Source: a virus (taxonomy: Duplodnaviria > Caudoviricetes). From it: a stretch of 64,000 nt of DNA. Location: the IMG/VR virus record IMGVR_UViG_3300015375_000872, positions 481-64,480 of that record; one strand, given 5' to 3'. Both the position numbers and the translations under genes were made by a program. The notes under the pieces were generated by a model. It saw only the letters and a program-made list of their open reading frames with translations, was not told where the DNA came from and did not search any database. Below, piece after piece: positions 43,564 through 53,947 of the stretch (position 1 is its first letter; the number at the start of each line of letters is the position of its first letter).

Positions 43564-44034
43564 ATGATTGATAATGCGACTATTGAAAAATTGATTGAAA
43601 GAGCGCAGGAAGAGAAAGCCAAAAGAAAACCTGATGCTCTATATTCAATTCTAAACAGTTCTAAGCTTAATCGCATGAAAACCCCTAGATTATCAAGTTC
43701 AGGGTTGTCTGGGATGAATTGTTGTGATAGCTGTAATCAATCATCACTTGACGGTCAAGGGCCGTATCTAGTCTTGAGCTATAAACCCGATAGCGATAAA
43801 TGGGAGGCACAATCAACGAAAAATAATAATGAAATATTTTTAGCAGATTTAACTTTTCCTGGCTTGATAGCACCTGGTTTCATTCTTCCCGGCTGGCATA
43901 TTTTAGGTGAACCTTTTGGATTATTACAGCCAAGGCGGGCTGGTAATCCCTTCAATCCCAAGAAATATCCTGAGAAAGATAAATACATCACCGTTAAAAT
44001 TAACCTCACTAATGGCTTCACTGGTCGAGGCTAA
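43564..44034 (+). CDS. Hypothetical protein opposite to the structural operon
   Basis: Fills the gap between minus-strand genes almost without overlap. Confidence 0.55.
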   Translation: MIDNATIEKLIERAQEEKAKRKPDALYSILNSSKLNRMKTPRLSSSGLSGMNCCDSCNQSSLDGQGPYLVLSYKPDSDKWEAQSTKNNNEIFLADLTFPGLIAPGFILPGWHILGEPFGLLQPRRAGNPFNPKKYPEKDKYITVKINLTNGFTGRG

Positions 44035-45053
44035 TTGCGATTATAAAATGGGGATAGATAAACTGATGAGTGGAATGGGATTAAATCTATCCCTGGTTTA
44101 AAAATATAAGGGATGTTCCCAACTGCTGCACCTTCAGGAACGATTAAGGTGTTTCCATTTAAGAGTCCAATAACTTTAGAATTAATATCTAATTCAGCAT
44201 TAGTATGGAGTTTAGTTTTTTCAATTAAACTACCATTATTTTTAATTTTAATACTCCATAAACCTGTGGGGTATAGTGCAAGTATTGAACCGTTTCCTAA
44301 TAATGAAACACCCTTACAAGTAGCATCATAAGGATCAATACTGTTACTCGAAATCAAACTATTCGACGCATAATCATAAACCAAGCATTTGTTATTATAT
44401 CCCGGTTCAGGGAACAAAACCAAATACTCATCAACGGTCATAATTGCATGGGAATATCTTCTATAAGTTACCAACTCGGTAATTTCAGTTAAAACTAAAT
44501 TACCTAAATCCAATATTGCAAACGCTTTAGTTCCTGCTATTAGAAATATTTTACCATTAGGCAATAAATAAGCACCGTTATAAGCAGGTGTAGAACCCCC
44601 TGAAAACACTGTTGTTATTTTTTGAACTGTATCATCCAATGGATTATAAATCGCTGCATACAGCGCATGATAAGGCGGAAAAAATACTCGACCATCAGGT
44701 AATAAAGTGCCACCTAAATATCTATTGGTTGTCACTGTGACTATTTCTTCTTCCCAACTAGAGGTTGTGTTAAAAGTGTTGGCTTGACTGTCATATATTA
44801 AAGGTTGTTTCCAGTTACTAGGCGGGAACACCACTGTTTTTTTATCTGCACATAAAACTCCCTTTCCATAGCTAGGAGAGCTAGTCGCATATTCAAAGTT
44901 TGCAAAGTCTAACCCTCTTGAATTAGTCAAAGGATTATAAATTGCATAACCCCATGTTTTACTTAAAAATTTACAAAAAACGTTACCATCTGGTAACAAA
45001 ACCATATTATCAATATTTTTTAAAAAGGAACCAGAATCAGCAACATATAACAT
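44031..45053 (-). CDS. Beta-propeller (kelch/galactose-oxidase-like repeat) protein, candidate receptor-binding protein
   Basis: Repeats LLPDGNVF, LLPDGRVF, LLPNGKIF, LLGNGSI with IYNP. Confidence 0.7.
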   Translation of the reverse strand: MLYVADSGSFLKNIDNMVLLPDGNVFCKFLSKTWGYAIYNPLTNSRGLDFANFEYATSSPSYGKGVLCADKKTVVFPPSNWKQPLIYDSQANTFNTTSSWEEEIVTVTTNRYLGGTLLPDGRVFFPPYHALYAAIYNPLDDTVQKITTVFSGGSTPAYNGAYLLPNGKIFLIAGTKAFAILDLGNLVLTEITELVTYRRYSHAIMTVDEYLVLFPEPGYNNKCLVYDYASNSLISSNSIDPYDATCKGVSLLGNGSILALYPTGLWSIKIKNNGSLIEKTKLHTNAELDINSKVIGLLNGNTLIVPEGAAVGNIPYIFKPGIDLIPFHSSVYLSPFYNRN

Positions 45054-45059
45054 AAAAAA

Positions 45060-46049
45060 TTAACCTCTATTATAAAAAGCACTCAAACAGACTTCATCGG
45101 GTAAAGTCCCCAATGAACTATCCCAAATAACAAAACCATTATTGTCTACACTGTCTCCATAGCAACAATAAAATAGTTTTCCTGATGGGAGCATAACGCA
45201 TCCAGATGGTGAGATTTGTGATGATGGTAAATTTGTGTATCCAACATTTGTTATTATATTATTTTCTATATGAAATTTATTTATAGTGTTATTATTTACA
45301 AGAAACACATCACCATCTGGACAAATTCTTATAAATAAAACATTTGAACCTACCATAGATTCAACATCAATAATTTTTTTACTATAAATATTTATTAGGG
45401 ATAATCCATAATAACTACCAAATACAGCAAGCCCGCCATCATAAAGTAATGCACCCTTATTATTGTTATCACTAGCTGTTAAACCATTTAGTGAAATTTG
45501 TTCCCATAAACTATTAAATGGGTTATAAATCCATGCTGGATAAGTTGCATTATTAGTGATTAATAATAGCTTTCCATCAGGTAATAATGTTACTGAATTA
45601 GGTATAACACCTGAAGTTATAACTGATGGGACATTAGGAAAATTTTCTAAAAATGTTGTTTTGGGATTAAATACCCCAAATTTATTAGTTGTAGTGTTAC
45701 AAATAGCAACCTTTCCGTCACGCATTAATGATGCACCATTAACAGAAAAATCCCAATCATTTAAAGCTGTATAAGTCCCATCTTCATTTACTAACAACCA
45801 ACTTTTAGAAGTATTATTTAATGGTGCAAATAAAATTTTTCCATCTAATAATAAAACTCTAGGATAATAATCTGTGTTTGGTAAGGTAAATGTAGTAAAA
45901 GTATTATCAGCAGGATTAAAAATAAATCCTTTTGCATTTCCACTAGAACACCCACAATAAACCTTACCGTTAAAATGCAAAACAGCACCTAACGGCTTGT
46001 CTGAAGCAGAACCAGTTCCTACAAACGTAAAAGGCATATATACCCCCAA
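45060..46049 (-). CDS. Beta-propeller protein, paralog of 44031-45053
   Basis: LLLDGKILF, LLPDGKLL, LPSGKLF; shared C-terminus LSAFYNRG / LSPFYNRN. Confidence 0.7.
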   Translation of the reverse strand: MGVYMPFTFVGTGSASDKPLGAVLHFNGKVYCGCSSGNAKGFIFNPADNTFTTFTLPNTDYYPRVLLLDGKILFAPLNNTSKSWLLVNEDGTYTALNDWDFSVNGASLMRDGKVAICNTTTNKFGVFNPKTTFLENFPNVPSVITSGVIPNSVTLLPDGKLLLITNNATYPAWIYNPFNSLWEQISLNGLTASDNNNKGALLYDGGLAVFGSYYGLSLINIYSKKIIDVESMVGSNVLFIRICPDGDVFLVNNNTINKFHIENNIITNVGYTNLPSSQISPSGCVMLPSGKLFYCCYGDSVDNNGFVIWDSSLGTLPDEVCLSAFYNRG

Positions 46050-46825
46050 TCAGTTAACAATGAACTACTATTAATATAATCATTTTTAATATTGTTATTT
46101 TTAGCATTATTGTAACTTTCCCTAATGACACCATAATCGCATAGCCCGTTGGGTGTATATTTTTCAATAAAATTTTTAAGCTCTGCTAATTTTATTTTTT
46201 GAATCTGTAAAGCTAAAAAAGTTGAATCAAGAGAACTGTAGTTGTTATCATCTTTTACTATATACTCATTTTTGTTTGCTAAGGTTTGGAAGTAAAACCT
46301 TTTATTTATAAAATTAAAATCAGTGAGTGTTTTTTCTTCATCGGGTGCTAACTTTTGATTCTCAATGTAAGATTTAAAATATAGGTTATTGATGTAGACA
46401 AAGTTAGTCAAATCTTCTCTATTACCAACTTGAAAATTATAGTTTTCTTCAGTGATTTCATTGGCGTTTATTACTGGGATTAATTTTATTAAAATATCAT
46501 TCCAATCTACTAAAACATAAGCTTTTAATTCAACTCTATTTTGTGATATACCGTTAGTGATTAACGCTTTTGTTAGTGTCCAACTTGCTAAATCATAGCT
46601 TTCACTTTTTTGAGTTGAACTAAAAAATTTCCAACACCCAAAATTAGCCTGAATATCTTGCGGGTGTTCAGGTGTACCTTCTTTTCTCCAAACATAAATA
46701 GCTTGGTCAGCACCCATCCCGGCAAACATAAACAACCCATCTTCGTCAGTGTTGTCAAAGGTAAAGTTATCTGTTAATTCTTGTGTGTTTGACACCCAGA
46801 AGGCACTAGATTTGTAATTAGGCAT
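46019..46825 (-). CDS. Putative tail protein with the shared MPNY-type N-terminal domain
   Basis: N-terminus similar to the 51.9-54.3 kb paralogs. Confidence 0.6.
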   Translation of the reverse strand: MPNYKSSAFWVSNTQELTDNFTFDNTDEDGLFMFAGMGADQAIYVWRKEGTPEHPQDIQANFGCWKFFSSTQKSESYDLASWTLTKALITNGISQNRVELKAYVLVDWNDILIKLIPVINANEITEENYNFQVGNREDLTNFVYINNLYFKSYIENQKLAPDEEKTLTDFNFINKRFYFQTLANKNEYIVKDDNNYSSLDSTFLALQIQKIKLAELKNFIEKYTPNGLCDYGVIRESYNNAKNNNIKNDYINSSSLLTDWGYICLLRL

Positions 46826-46844
46826 TTTATTTAACCCCTTTTAT

Positions 46845-49625
46845 TTAATCCCTTAATGCTAAACGTTGTTCTAAAGTCATACTAAAAGGATCAACATAGT
46901 CATTTCTTTCCTTCTCGTCTTCAGTGTCAGTCCTAATAGCGGTTATAAAATAAATTATGCTTTTATCAGTAATATTTTCTATTTTAGGAAGCTTATATAT
47001 CGTTGATAACTGAAATTTTGTATCTGTTGTAAATTTAAAAATTTTTTCATCATCATTAATATATGGAAATTTTTGTCTTTTAACATAATTTGATGATATA
47101 GCATCTTCAGTTAAATAATAAACATTATTCCAACCGTAATATTTATAATGAGGATAATCAAAATCTCTTTCATAATTATCATCAATCCCTTTTATTAAAG
47201 GTAGAATCCAAGCTGGTGTATTTATTATTCCTGTGTAATTTGGATAATACCCTTTAACAGTACCCAAATTAATATAATTTCTTAATATAGGTACTGCATC
47301 AGGGTTAACTGTTTCAGTTTTAGCAATTTTATATTGAATAAAAGCATTTCCAGATTTTAAAGCATCTCTGAATAATTTTGTTCCAATCATTGAACCAACT
47401 CTAAGAGTATCCTGAATAGGAAAAGATAGGCTAAAATCAAAATTATCAATGCTAACATTTTCTTTAGAAACTCCTATTTTTGCTGCTATATATAAATTAT
47501 CTTTTGAATAATTTATATTATTATAATATCTAAAAACATCATCAGTTACTATTCCCGTTCCTAATCCATAATCTTCATAATAATAAAAATCTGAATATTT
47601 AAACCAAACACCAAAAGGGAAACCATAAACAAATTTAACATCAGGCTTAAATGAATTCGCTCCTACATAAAATTTACCAAATCTTTGTGCTGATTGTGGA
47701 GAATTAAAATCATTATTTTTGTTTGGTATAGGCAGTTCACGGCTTATAAAATAGGGGGAAACTCCAACCGTTGATAATTGATGAATCCCTTGGGTGTTTA
47801 ATCCGTAAGCCCCGCTATTAGAACCTGAACCAATTCTACATAAATTATTAGAAGTTGGGAAAAAGAAATAAGGATTTAAAAATCCATCATAGTCTAACTC
47901 TTTAATCCACTCAGGCAACCCCGTTATTTTTCCGTCTCTAATCGGATAATATCTTACACTAGGGCTACCACTTTTAACTTCAATAACCGTTAATCTTTTA
48001 AATTGAAAACAGCAATAGTTATTTTCACAATTTCTTCTAATGTAAAAATTTGAGCCAACAGTTTCTAACTTAGTTTGTTGTTCAGCACCTTCGAGTAATA
48101 AAAATATGTGATGTTCTCTAGCAATTGAATATGCTTTAGTGTTTGCATAAAGATTTAAAGAATTTGGTAACAATTCTTCTAACATATCATTACCATCTTT
48201 AGTCTTATCAAAATCATATTTCTCTCTATTCTTAACAAGAATATCAGCTAATTTTCCAGGGAATAAGCCCCAATTATTACCAATTTCATCAGCCCAACCA
48301 AAATTATCTAATATTTTATCTAAAGGGTGAACCCAGTCAGGTGATGTTTCATCATCATCAGTTGTTTCAGTGTCATTATCTGGTAAACTCCCAATTAAAT
48401 TGATTGGGAAAGTACATAGTAATTCACTAGCTGAAGTTTCATATATTTTAGTATTATTAAAATATATTTCAGCCATGTATTTTGAATTAGGAGAATCAAC
48501 AATATCTGATTTTTTCGGGGGTAATTTTTCCCCCGCTTGACTACTTCCAGGTTGATTACTTCCAGGTTGATTACCACCACCAGGATTAGTGTTACCCGTT
48601 CCGTTTGGGTCACTTAAATAATAAATATCAAATGGTAAAAATCCAGGGTCGGGTGAAACTGAAATAGTATTTATAACAGCACTAATACTTCCTTGCCCAA
48701 CCGGAGGGTCATCGGGAAAAACCGTCCATTTCCCACTATCATCATATTGGTGATGTCCTGTTTTTCGCCCTTTTCCTATCCAAATCCCACCTGCATCAGG
48801 TGAGCCATGAATAGCATTTAATGTAATATAACCCCCTGCTGGATAGACTGGTGTGTAAGGTGTATCAACCCCAAAAAAACGTACACCTCCCCATATTTCA
48901 GGTTTATATCTTATTTTATAAGCTGCACGTTCTGTTTCCTTAAACATTTCAATGCCTGTTCCCATTTGTGAATATAACAGTTTACTAAATATGCAAGTCG
49001 TCCCATCAGGTTGCACTGTTGGAGGGCCTGATGTAATATATACATTTTGATGAGCGTTAAATGGTGCATATTGTGAATCAAATATTGTGGTAATAATAAC
49101 ATCAACAGTAACAGTCCAGTCGCCAATATAAGTAGGTATTAAAATAATATCCTCAGTGCTTACAGGTTCTCCATTTGAACCCGTAATACTATATTTTCCC
49201 CCTGGCTGTCTAGGTGAAACAGTTGCAGGGCTATAACCACTTCCTGAACCGGGAGGGCTAGAATCAGGTCTTTTTAAAATTAATCTTATATCCGCATCTG
49301 TAGGATTATGTAAAATTATTCTATCCTTGTTAATTTTTTCAACAGATTTTATTGTTGTTGAATAGTATCCGTTAGGAACTTTTTTATAATCTTCAAATTG
49401 CCATGCACTAGCACATGGATATCGACGCATAGCAGCAAAATCATAAAGCCATGATTCTCCTGTATTAAAAGTTACGGGTGAAGATTTTTTAACAAATTTA
49501 ACCCAAAAAACATTACCTTCAATGGGTATTGTTATGCTGGAGTCTGCCAAGGTGCGATGAATATAATCCCCTTGATTTTTTATTTCAACTTTATCTCTAC
49601 CACTCATATAATAATTACCTCCCAA
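46845..49625 (-). CDS. Large putative tail/baseplate protein
   Basis: 926 aa, beta-rich, G/N/P linker (NPGGGNQPGSNQPGS). Confidence 0.7.
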   Translation of the reverse strand: MGGNYYMSGRDKVEIKNQGDYIHRTLADSSITIPIEGNVFWVKFVKKSSPVTFNTGESWLYDFAAMRRYPCASAWQFEDYKKVPNGYYSTTIKSVEKINKDRIILHNPTDADIRLILKRPDSSPPGSGSGYSPATVSPRQPGGKYSITGSNGEPVSTEDIILIPTYIGDWTVTVDVIITTIFDSQYAPFNAHQNVYITSGPPTVQPDGTTCIFSKLLYSQMGTGIEMFKETERAAYKIRYKPEIWGGVRFFGVDTPYTPVYPAGGYITLNAIHGSPDAGGIWIGKGRKTGHHQYDDSGKWTVFPDDPPVGQGSISAVINTISVSPDPGFLPFDIYYLSDPNGTGNTNPGGGNQPGSNQPGSSQAGEKLPPKKSDIVDSPNSKYMAEIYFNNTKIYETSASELLCTFPINLIGSLPDNDTETTDDDETSPDWVHPLDKILDNFGWADEIGNNWGLFPGKLADILVKNREKYDFDKTKDGNDMLEELLPNSLNLYANTKAYSIAREHHIFLLLEGAEQQTKLETVGSNFYIRRNCENNYCCFQFKRLTVIEVKSGSPSVRYYPIRDGKITGLPEWIKELDYDGFLNPYFFFPTSNNLCRIGSGSNSGAYGLNTQGIHQLSTVGVSPYFISRELPIPNKNNDFNSPQSAQRFGKFYVGANSFKPDVKFVYGFPFGVWFKYSDFYYYEDYGLGTGIVTDDVFRYYNNINYSKDNLYIAAKIGVSKENVSIDNFDFSLSFPIQDTLRVGSMIGTKLFRDALKSGNAFIQYKIAKTETVNPDAVPILRNYINLGTVKGYYPNYTGIINTPAWILPLIKGIDDNYERDFDYPHYKYYGWNNVYYLTEDAISSNYVKRQKFPYINDDEKIFKFTTDTKFQLSTIYKLPKIENITDKSIIYFITAIRTDTEDEKERNDYVDPFSMTLEQRLALRD

Positions 49626-50533
49626 CTCAATTCTGTTTTAACTTTAATATCTCTAATCTCTAACGGGCTTTCTTCATCTTCATTAAACATAGCTTTAGAT
49701 TCTGAAATCCCAAATATATAGTAATCATTTTCAAACGGTGCAGCATAGCAAACAAAAGCGTCGCTGTAATCTGTTGTTGATGACTTAAATAAAAATAAAC
49801 AGTCATAGGCTAAATCTGTTTCACTGCCTGAAAAAGTTACAGGTGTTGTACCGTAATCGATGGCTACACAAGGGCGATTAACAACTGTTCCTAAACTAAA
49901 GCTTGGTGACAGTTCACAAAATGTCGTTGATGAACTATTATCATCAAAGCTATTTAAACATTTAGATATAAAATCATTTGAAGAATTAAATAACACCACA
50001 TTGCTACCCGCTTCATGCTTAATTATTTCAACACCTTTAGCTATTCCTAAATAGTAATTATTGACTGTGGTGTTAAAGAAATCACTTGTTATCGTGGTAA
50101 AATTCTCTTTAAATGGAGATAATAATAAACTGTTACCAGTTGTATAACTTATTCTCCCTCCCAATACAGGAACAGTCCCTATTGCAATATAGGCTGAATC
50201 TATAGTTGCAGGTTTTTTGATTTTAATTTCTGTTTTATCAGGTAATTCAACGTTTAGTTTAGCCGTTGATTCATTGTATGTAAAAGTTATATCATCGGAT
50301 GAAAATTTATAATATTTTGAAAAGCTTTTACTGGTTATTTCACTAATTGACCCTGTGTAAATAAATGGGTTAGTTCCTATCATTAATCCGTTTTGGTAGG
50401 AACTAACTTTAATAAAATAATCATCGTTTTTATTCCAAAGATATTTTGCTTGAGCTTCTAATAGCTCAACAGTTGGGAAAAATGTGATGATTTCACCTTC
50501 ACCGAAAATATCAGGCGGGTTAGTTTCTGACAT
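49604..50533 (-). CDS. Putative structural protein
   Basis: Coupled within the tail operon. Confidence 0.65.
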   Translation of the reverse strand: MSETNPPDIFGEGEIITFFPTVELLEAQAKYLWNKNDDYFIKVSSYQNGLMIGTNPFIYTGSISEITSKSFSKYYKFSSDDITFTYNESTAKLNVELPDKTEIKIKKPATIDSAYIAIGTVPVLGGRISYTTGNSLLLSPFKENFTTITSDFFNTTVNNYYLGIAKGVEIIKHEAGSNVVLFNSSNDFISKCLNSFDDNSSSTTFCELSPSFSLGTVVNRPCVAIDYGTTPVTFSGSETDLAYDCLFLFKSSTTDYSDAFVCYAAPFENDYYIFGISESKAMFNEDEESPLEIRDIKVKTELSWEVIII

Positions 50534-50538
50534 ATTAA

Positions 50539-51912
50539 TTAATTTATATTCATTCTTTTATTATAATTTCTAATTATTGCTTTCTCTCTATCTTTAATAC
50601 GACTGATTTCTTCATTTATGCTATTCTTAAATGGCATATTGTTTTGTGGTGCTGAGGAATTCATAAAGTCAGCCAGCTTAATAAACGAGTTTTCCTCACT
50701 CACATCTAATATTAAAAGTTGATCTTTTTTATCTTTAAAATAATTAACAACATCCAAATAGTGATTTGAGTATGCTGATGATAAAATATAATCAATTTTT
50801 TCATCATCTATACATTTTGCTAAATTATAACCGTAAAACTTTTCATAATTTTCTGCTAAAAATCCTCTTATCATTTTTCTTTCCTCTGCTTGTTCTGGTG
50901 ATAAAATTGGTTCAGTTTTTTCCATCATATCATTCCATAATTTAATATAATGCTTAACGCTATCCATCCATTTTTTCATATCTCTAATTGTTAATATAAA
51001 CTTAGAGTTTTGGTAAATAGAATCTAACTCTTTATACATAGAAGGGATTGGAACATCGGTAAAACCCTCGTACATATCTAAACATAGTTGAACATCATCA
51101 AAACTTTTAATATTATTACTATAATGAACACTATCAACTCCTAACATATTTAACGCTTGATTAAGTGATGAAGTTCCGGTTCTTGATAATCCAATCCCAA
51201 AAACTCTATTTTTTATATTATCTATTTTTAGGTATGGATGTTCTGCAACAGGATTAGCCAACAGCGAGTCATTAGGTTTCTTCCTCCACCAACAATTCAT
51301 AAATATCGAAGCGTTATAAGTTTTAAATTTTAATTTATGACAAACCTCGCTAAATATTAAATCCTCATTTATACCAACACTCCTATCTTTATTATCTTTA
51401 TATTTCAATCTAATTGAATCGCTTAAATTATACCCATAAGTGTATTCAGACATTTTATATTTATCACTATCAAGAATTCCGCTTTCTAAAATTTTTATTG
51501 CAGCATCTCTTCTAATTAATTGAAAACTTCCATGAAGTCTATTAGGATTACAATCTTTTGGAAAATATGGCGATACCACATCTATATCTTCATCATATTC
51601 TAAGCTTATTGATTTGAATATCCGGGTATCGGGGTCAATCCTTAAAACCCATTGAGAATCACCAATCACCCCTTGATCTAACCAACGTTTAACCCATGCT
51701 CCCCCTTGGCTGCTCAAATATAATCTTTCACCTTTAAGATATCTAACATTATTAAACTCGCAAAAATCTTTAAGTGTTGGGATGTTGACCCCATCACTTA
51801 TTAAAACAATTTCAGGTTTATATTCTTCCGTTTTATAAAGATTAATAATTGAAAGAATATTATCCTTAGCTAAGAAATAATCGCTTCTCGTATTCATCAC
51901 AATCGTTAGCAT
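50539..51912 (-). CDS. Glycosyltransferase (GT-A) fused to a sulfotransferase-family P-loop domain
   Basis: N-terminal WVLRIDPD (DxD) and INED; C-terminal VFGIGLSRTGTSSL...FTDVP...KFILTIRD. Confidence 0.75.
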   Translation of the reverse strand: MLTIVMNTRSDYFLAKDNILSIINLYKTEEYKPEIVLISDGVNIPTLKDFCEFNNVRYLKGERLYLSSQGGAWVKRWLDQGVIGDSQWVLRIDPDTRIFKSISLEYDEDIDVVSPYFPKDCNPNRLHGSFQLIRRDAAIKILESGILDSDKYKMSEYTYGYNLSDSIRLKYKDNKDRSVGINEDLIFSEVCHKLKFKTYNASIFMNCWWRKKPNDSLLANPVAEHPYLKIDNIKNRVFGIGLSRTGTSSLNQALNMLGVDSVHYSNNIKSFDDVQLCLDMYEGFTDVPIPSMYKELDSIYQNSKFILTIRDMKKWMDSVKHYIKLWNDMMEKTEPILSPEQAEERKMIRGFLAENYEKFYGYNLAKCIDDEKIDYILSSAYSNHYLDVVNYFKDKKDQLLILDVSEENSFIKLADFMNSSAPQNNMPFKNSINEEISRIKDREKAIIRNYNKRMNIN

Positions 51913-51915
51913 AAT

Positions 51916-52632
51916 TTAAACTGCTCCTGTGTCTAAGGTTATTTCACTCCAGCGTTCGTATGAATTCAGTGAATTAGTGCTATTAATAAACAGCCTATTT
52001 TCATCTATTTTATACCATAACAATCCTCCAACTTCTAAATAATTGAACATACCTTTAGGATTATTGAAAGAGATGATTGGTTTTTTATGTGTAAGCCACC
52101 AAGTTAATGAATAAACTTGTTGCGGATTATTTGGGTTAATTGTATTTACAATTTCTTGGGCGGGAACTTTTATTGTTTCCCAAGAAAGTAATAAATCTAA
52201 TGGATATCCTTGATAATCAGGGTTCGGAACTTCAGCCCATTCAGGAAAATATTCTCTAATAATTACGTTACACCGTTGCCCTAACTTATAAGGAATAATA
52301 TTAGGCATTTTCGCCATATATTCAACACCATGACCGCTTACTATTCCTTGAGGTGATATAGAATTCAAGCTGATGTCTCCAACCTTTAACCATCTCCCAG
52401 GGTCATCAAAAATTTTATCTGGTGGTCTTATACAAAAACTTTCTCGAAGGTTGTTATAGTTTACACCGTCAACAGTAATATAATCATAGTCGCTGTAAAT
52501 TTCTTTATAAGTAGGGTGATAGAACGCAAAATCACCCCATTCCTGAACATAAATAAGTTGGTAATTTATTGCTTCAGTTGAGGGTTTTATTTTTAAATCT
52601 TGAACAGTTGTTGTTATCCAGTTATTAGGCAT
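51916..52632 (-). CDS. Tail adaptor-like paralog
   Basis: MPNNW N-terminus, DDPGRWL, GLLWY...ENRLFIN...RWSEI. Confidence 0.65.
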   Translation of the reverse strand: MPNNWITTTVQDLKIKPSTEAINYQLIYVQEWGDFAFYHPTYKEIYSDYDYITVDGVNYNNLRESFCIRPPDKIFDDPGRWLKVGDISLNSISPQGIVSGHGVEYMAKMPNIIPYKLGQRCNVIIREYFPEWAEVPNPDYQGYPLDLLLSWETIKVPAQEIVNTINPNNPQQVYSLTWWLTHKKPIISFNNPKGMFNYLEVGGLLWYKIDENRLFINSTNSLNSYERWSEITLDTGAV

Positions 52633-52634
52633 CT

Positions 52635-53294
52635 TTAATAAATACTTGCGTAATTGAATGTAATTTCATTCCAAATCATACCATTTGTTTCAGTTTCGGA
52701 AACTGTAGATTCGTTTATGTATAGTTTCCTTGTTGATTTATCGAACCATAAAACGCCTCCACCTCCCCATGCGTTTATTGTCATCGGGTTATCTTCACTA
52801 ATTACAGTTGTTGCGTTAATGAACATCCATACTTTATCAACATCATAAACATTTGTTGATGGTATTTCAGTAGAAATCCATGATGTTATACAAGGGTTCG
52901 ATAAATTAAAATAGTCACCGACTGAACCAGAGTTTTCTACTACCTCTTGGTAGTTAATTAGTGTCACACTTTGACCGTATAAAAACGGTCTAAAATTGGG
53001 TGGTTTGTAGACCCATTCGGTTGAAGTTGTTTTAATTAAAAGATTGTCAGTATCTCTTAACCATGCTCCTGTTGCTCCAGGCGTGGCAGCGATATCATTT
53101 GGTATCAGCATAAAATCATCATAGCCATTCACATATCTTGTAGAAGAACTGCCAACGGAATCTACAGAATATGTTGGATGGAAAAACACCCATTCTAACC
53201 AGTCAATGCAAAATAATCGACAGTAATCAGTCCTGCCTGTCGCCCCGATAGCTTCAATTTCTGCGATTGTTTTTGATATCCAAAAATTAGCCAT
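52635..53294 (-). CDS. Tail adaptor-like paralog
   Basis: MANFW N-terminus, GAWLRD, GVLWF...RKLYIN...IWNEI. Confidence 0.65.
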   Translation of the reverse strand: MANFWISKTIAEIEAIGATGRTDYCRLFCIDWLEWVFFHPTYSVDSVGSSSTRYVNGYDDFMLIPNDIAATPGATGAWLRDTDNLLIKTTSTEWVYKPPNFRPFLYGQSVTLINYQEVVENSGSVGDYFNLSNPCITSWISTEIPSTNVYDVDKVWMFINATTVISEDNPMTINAWGGGGVLWFDKSTRKLYINESTVSETETNGMIWNEITFNYASIY

Positions 53295-53305
53295 AACTTT
53301 AATTT

Positions 53306-53947
53306 TTATACCGACTCTGTAAATTGTAACTCATCCCAACTATCGCTACGCGAACCAATATAAAAATTACCTTTAGGGTCATCATGAACTAAATTATTAT
53401 AGTTAATGAAAAGCCTATTCTCATCAGACTTGTACCAGATTTGCCCATCGCTACTATTGATTAAATTTACAGGGTTTCTCTCTGACACCATTGTCTTTAT
53501 TCTAAAAATCTTCCAACAATTATTTATACTATATTGATTTAAAACAAAATCAGGGAATTGAGGTGCAACATTTGGGTTATACGCAATCCACTCTACTAAA
53601 AAATGTTCATTCACATTATTTATATAAGTGACAACAACCCTTTGACAAGGTTTTGCTGGCGGAAAAGGTGGACAAGCAAATAATGAGTATTCATTGGAAG
53701 CATAATCACCAGTTAGGTTCTCATAAATATTTCCCTCATTTTGCCAAACCCCAGGAACACCAGTAATCGCGCTATTAGGTCTAAGGAAAACATTAGGGAA
53801 ATATGAAATCTCCACAAAATTTCTATATTGAAAATACCTAAAGGATGACTGGGTATCAATACACCATATCTTTGCGCCATCGGTGCAATCAGCTACAGGT
53901 ATCGCCTTTATCTCAGCTTTACTCTTTGCTAACCAAAAATTAGGCAT
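53306..53947 (-). CDS. Tail adaptor-like paralog
   Basis: MPNFW N-terminus, GVWQNE, GQIWY...ENRLFIN...SWDEL. Confidence 0.65.
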   Translation of the reverse strand: MPNFWLAKSKAEIKAIPVADCTDGAKIWCIDTQSSFRYFQYRNFVEISYFPNVFLRPNSAITGVPGVWQNEGNIYENLTGDYASNEYSLFACPPFPPAKPCQRVVVTYINNVNEHFLVEWIAYNPNVAPQFPDFVLNQYSINNCWKIFRIKTMVSERNPVNLINSSDGQIWYKSDENRLFINYNNLVHDDPKGNFYIGSRSDSWDELQFTESV

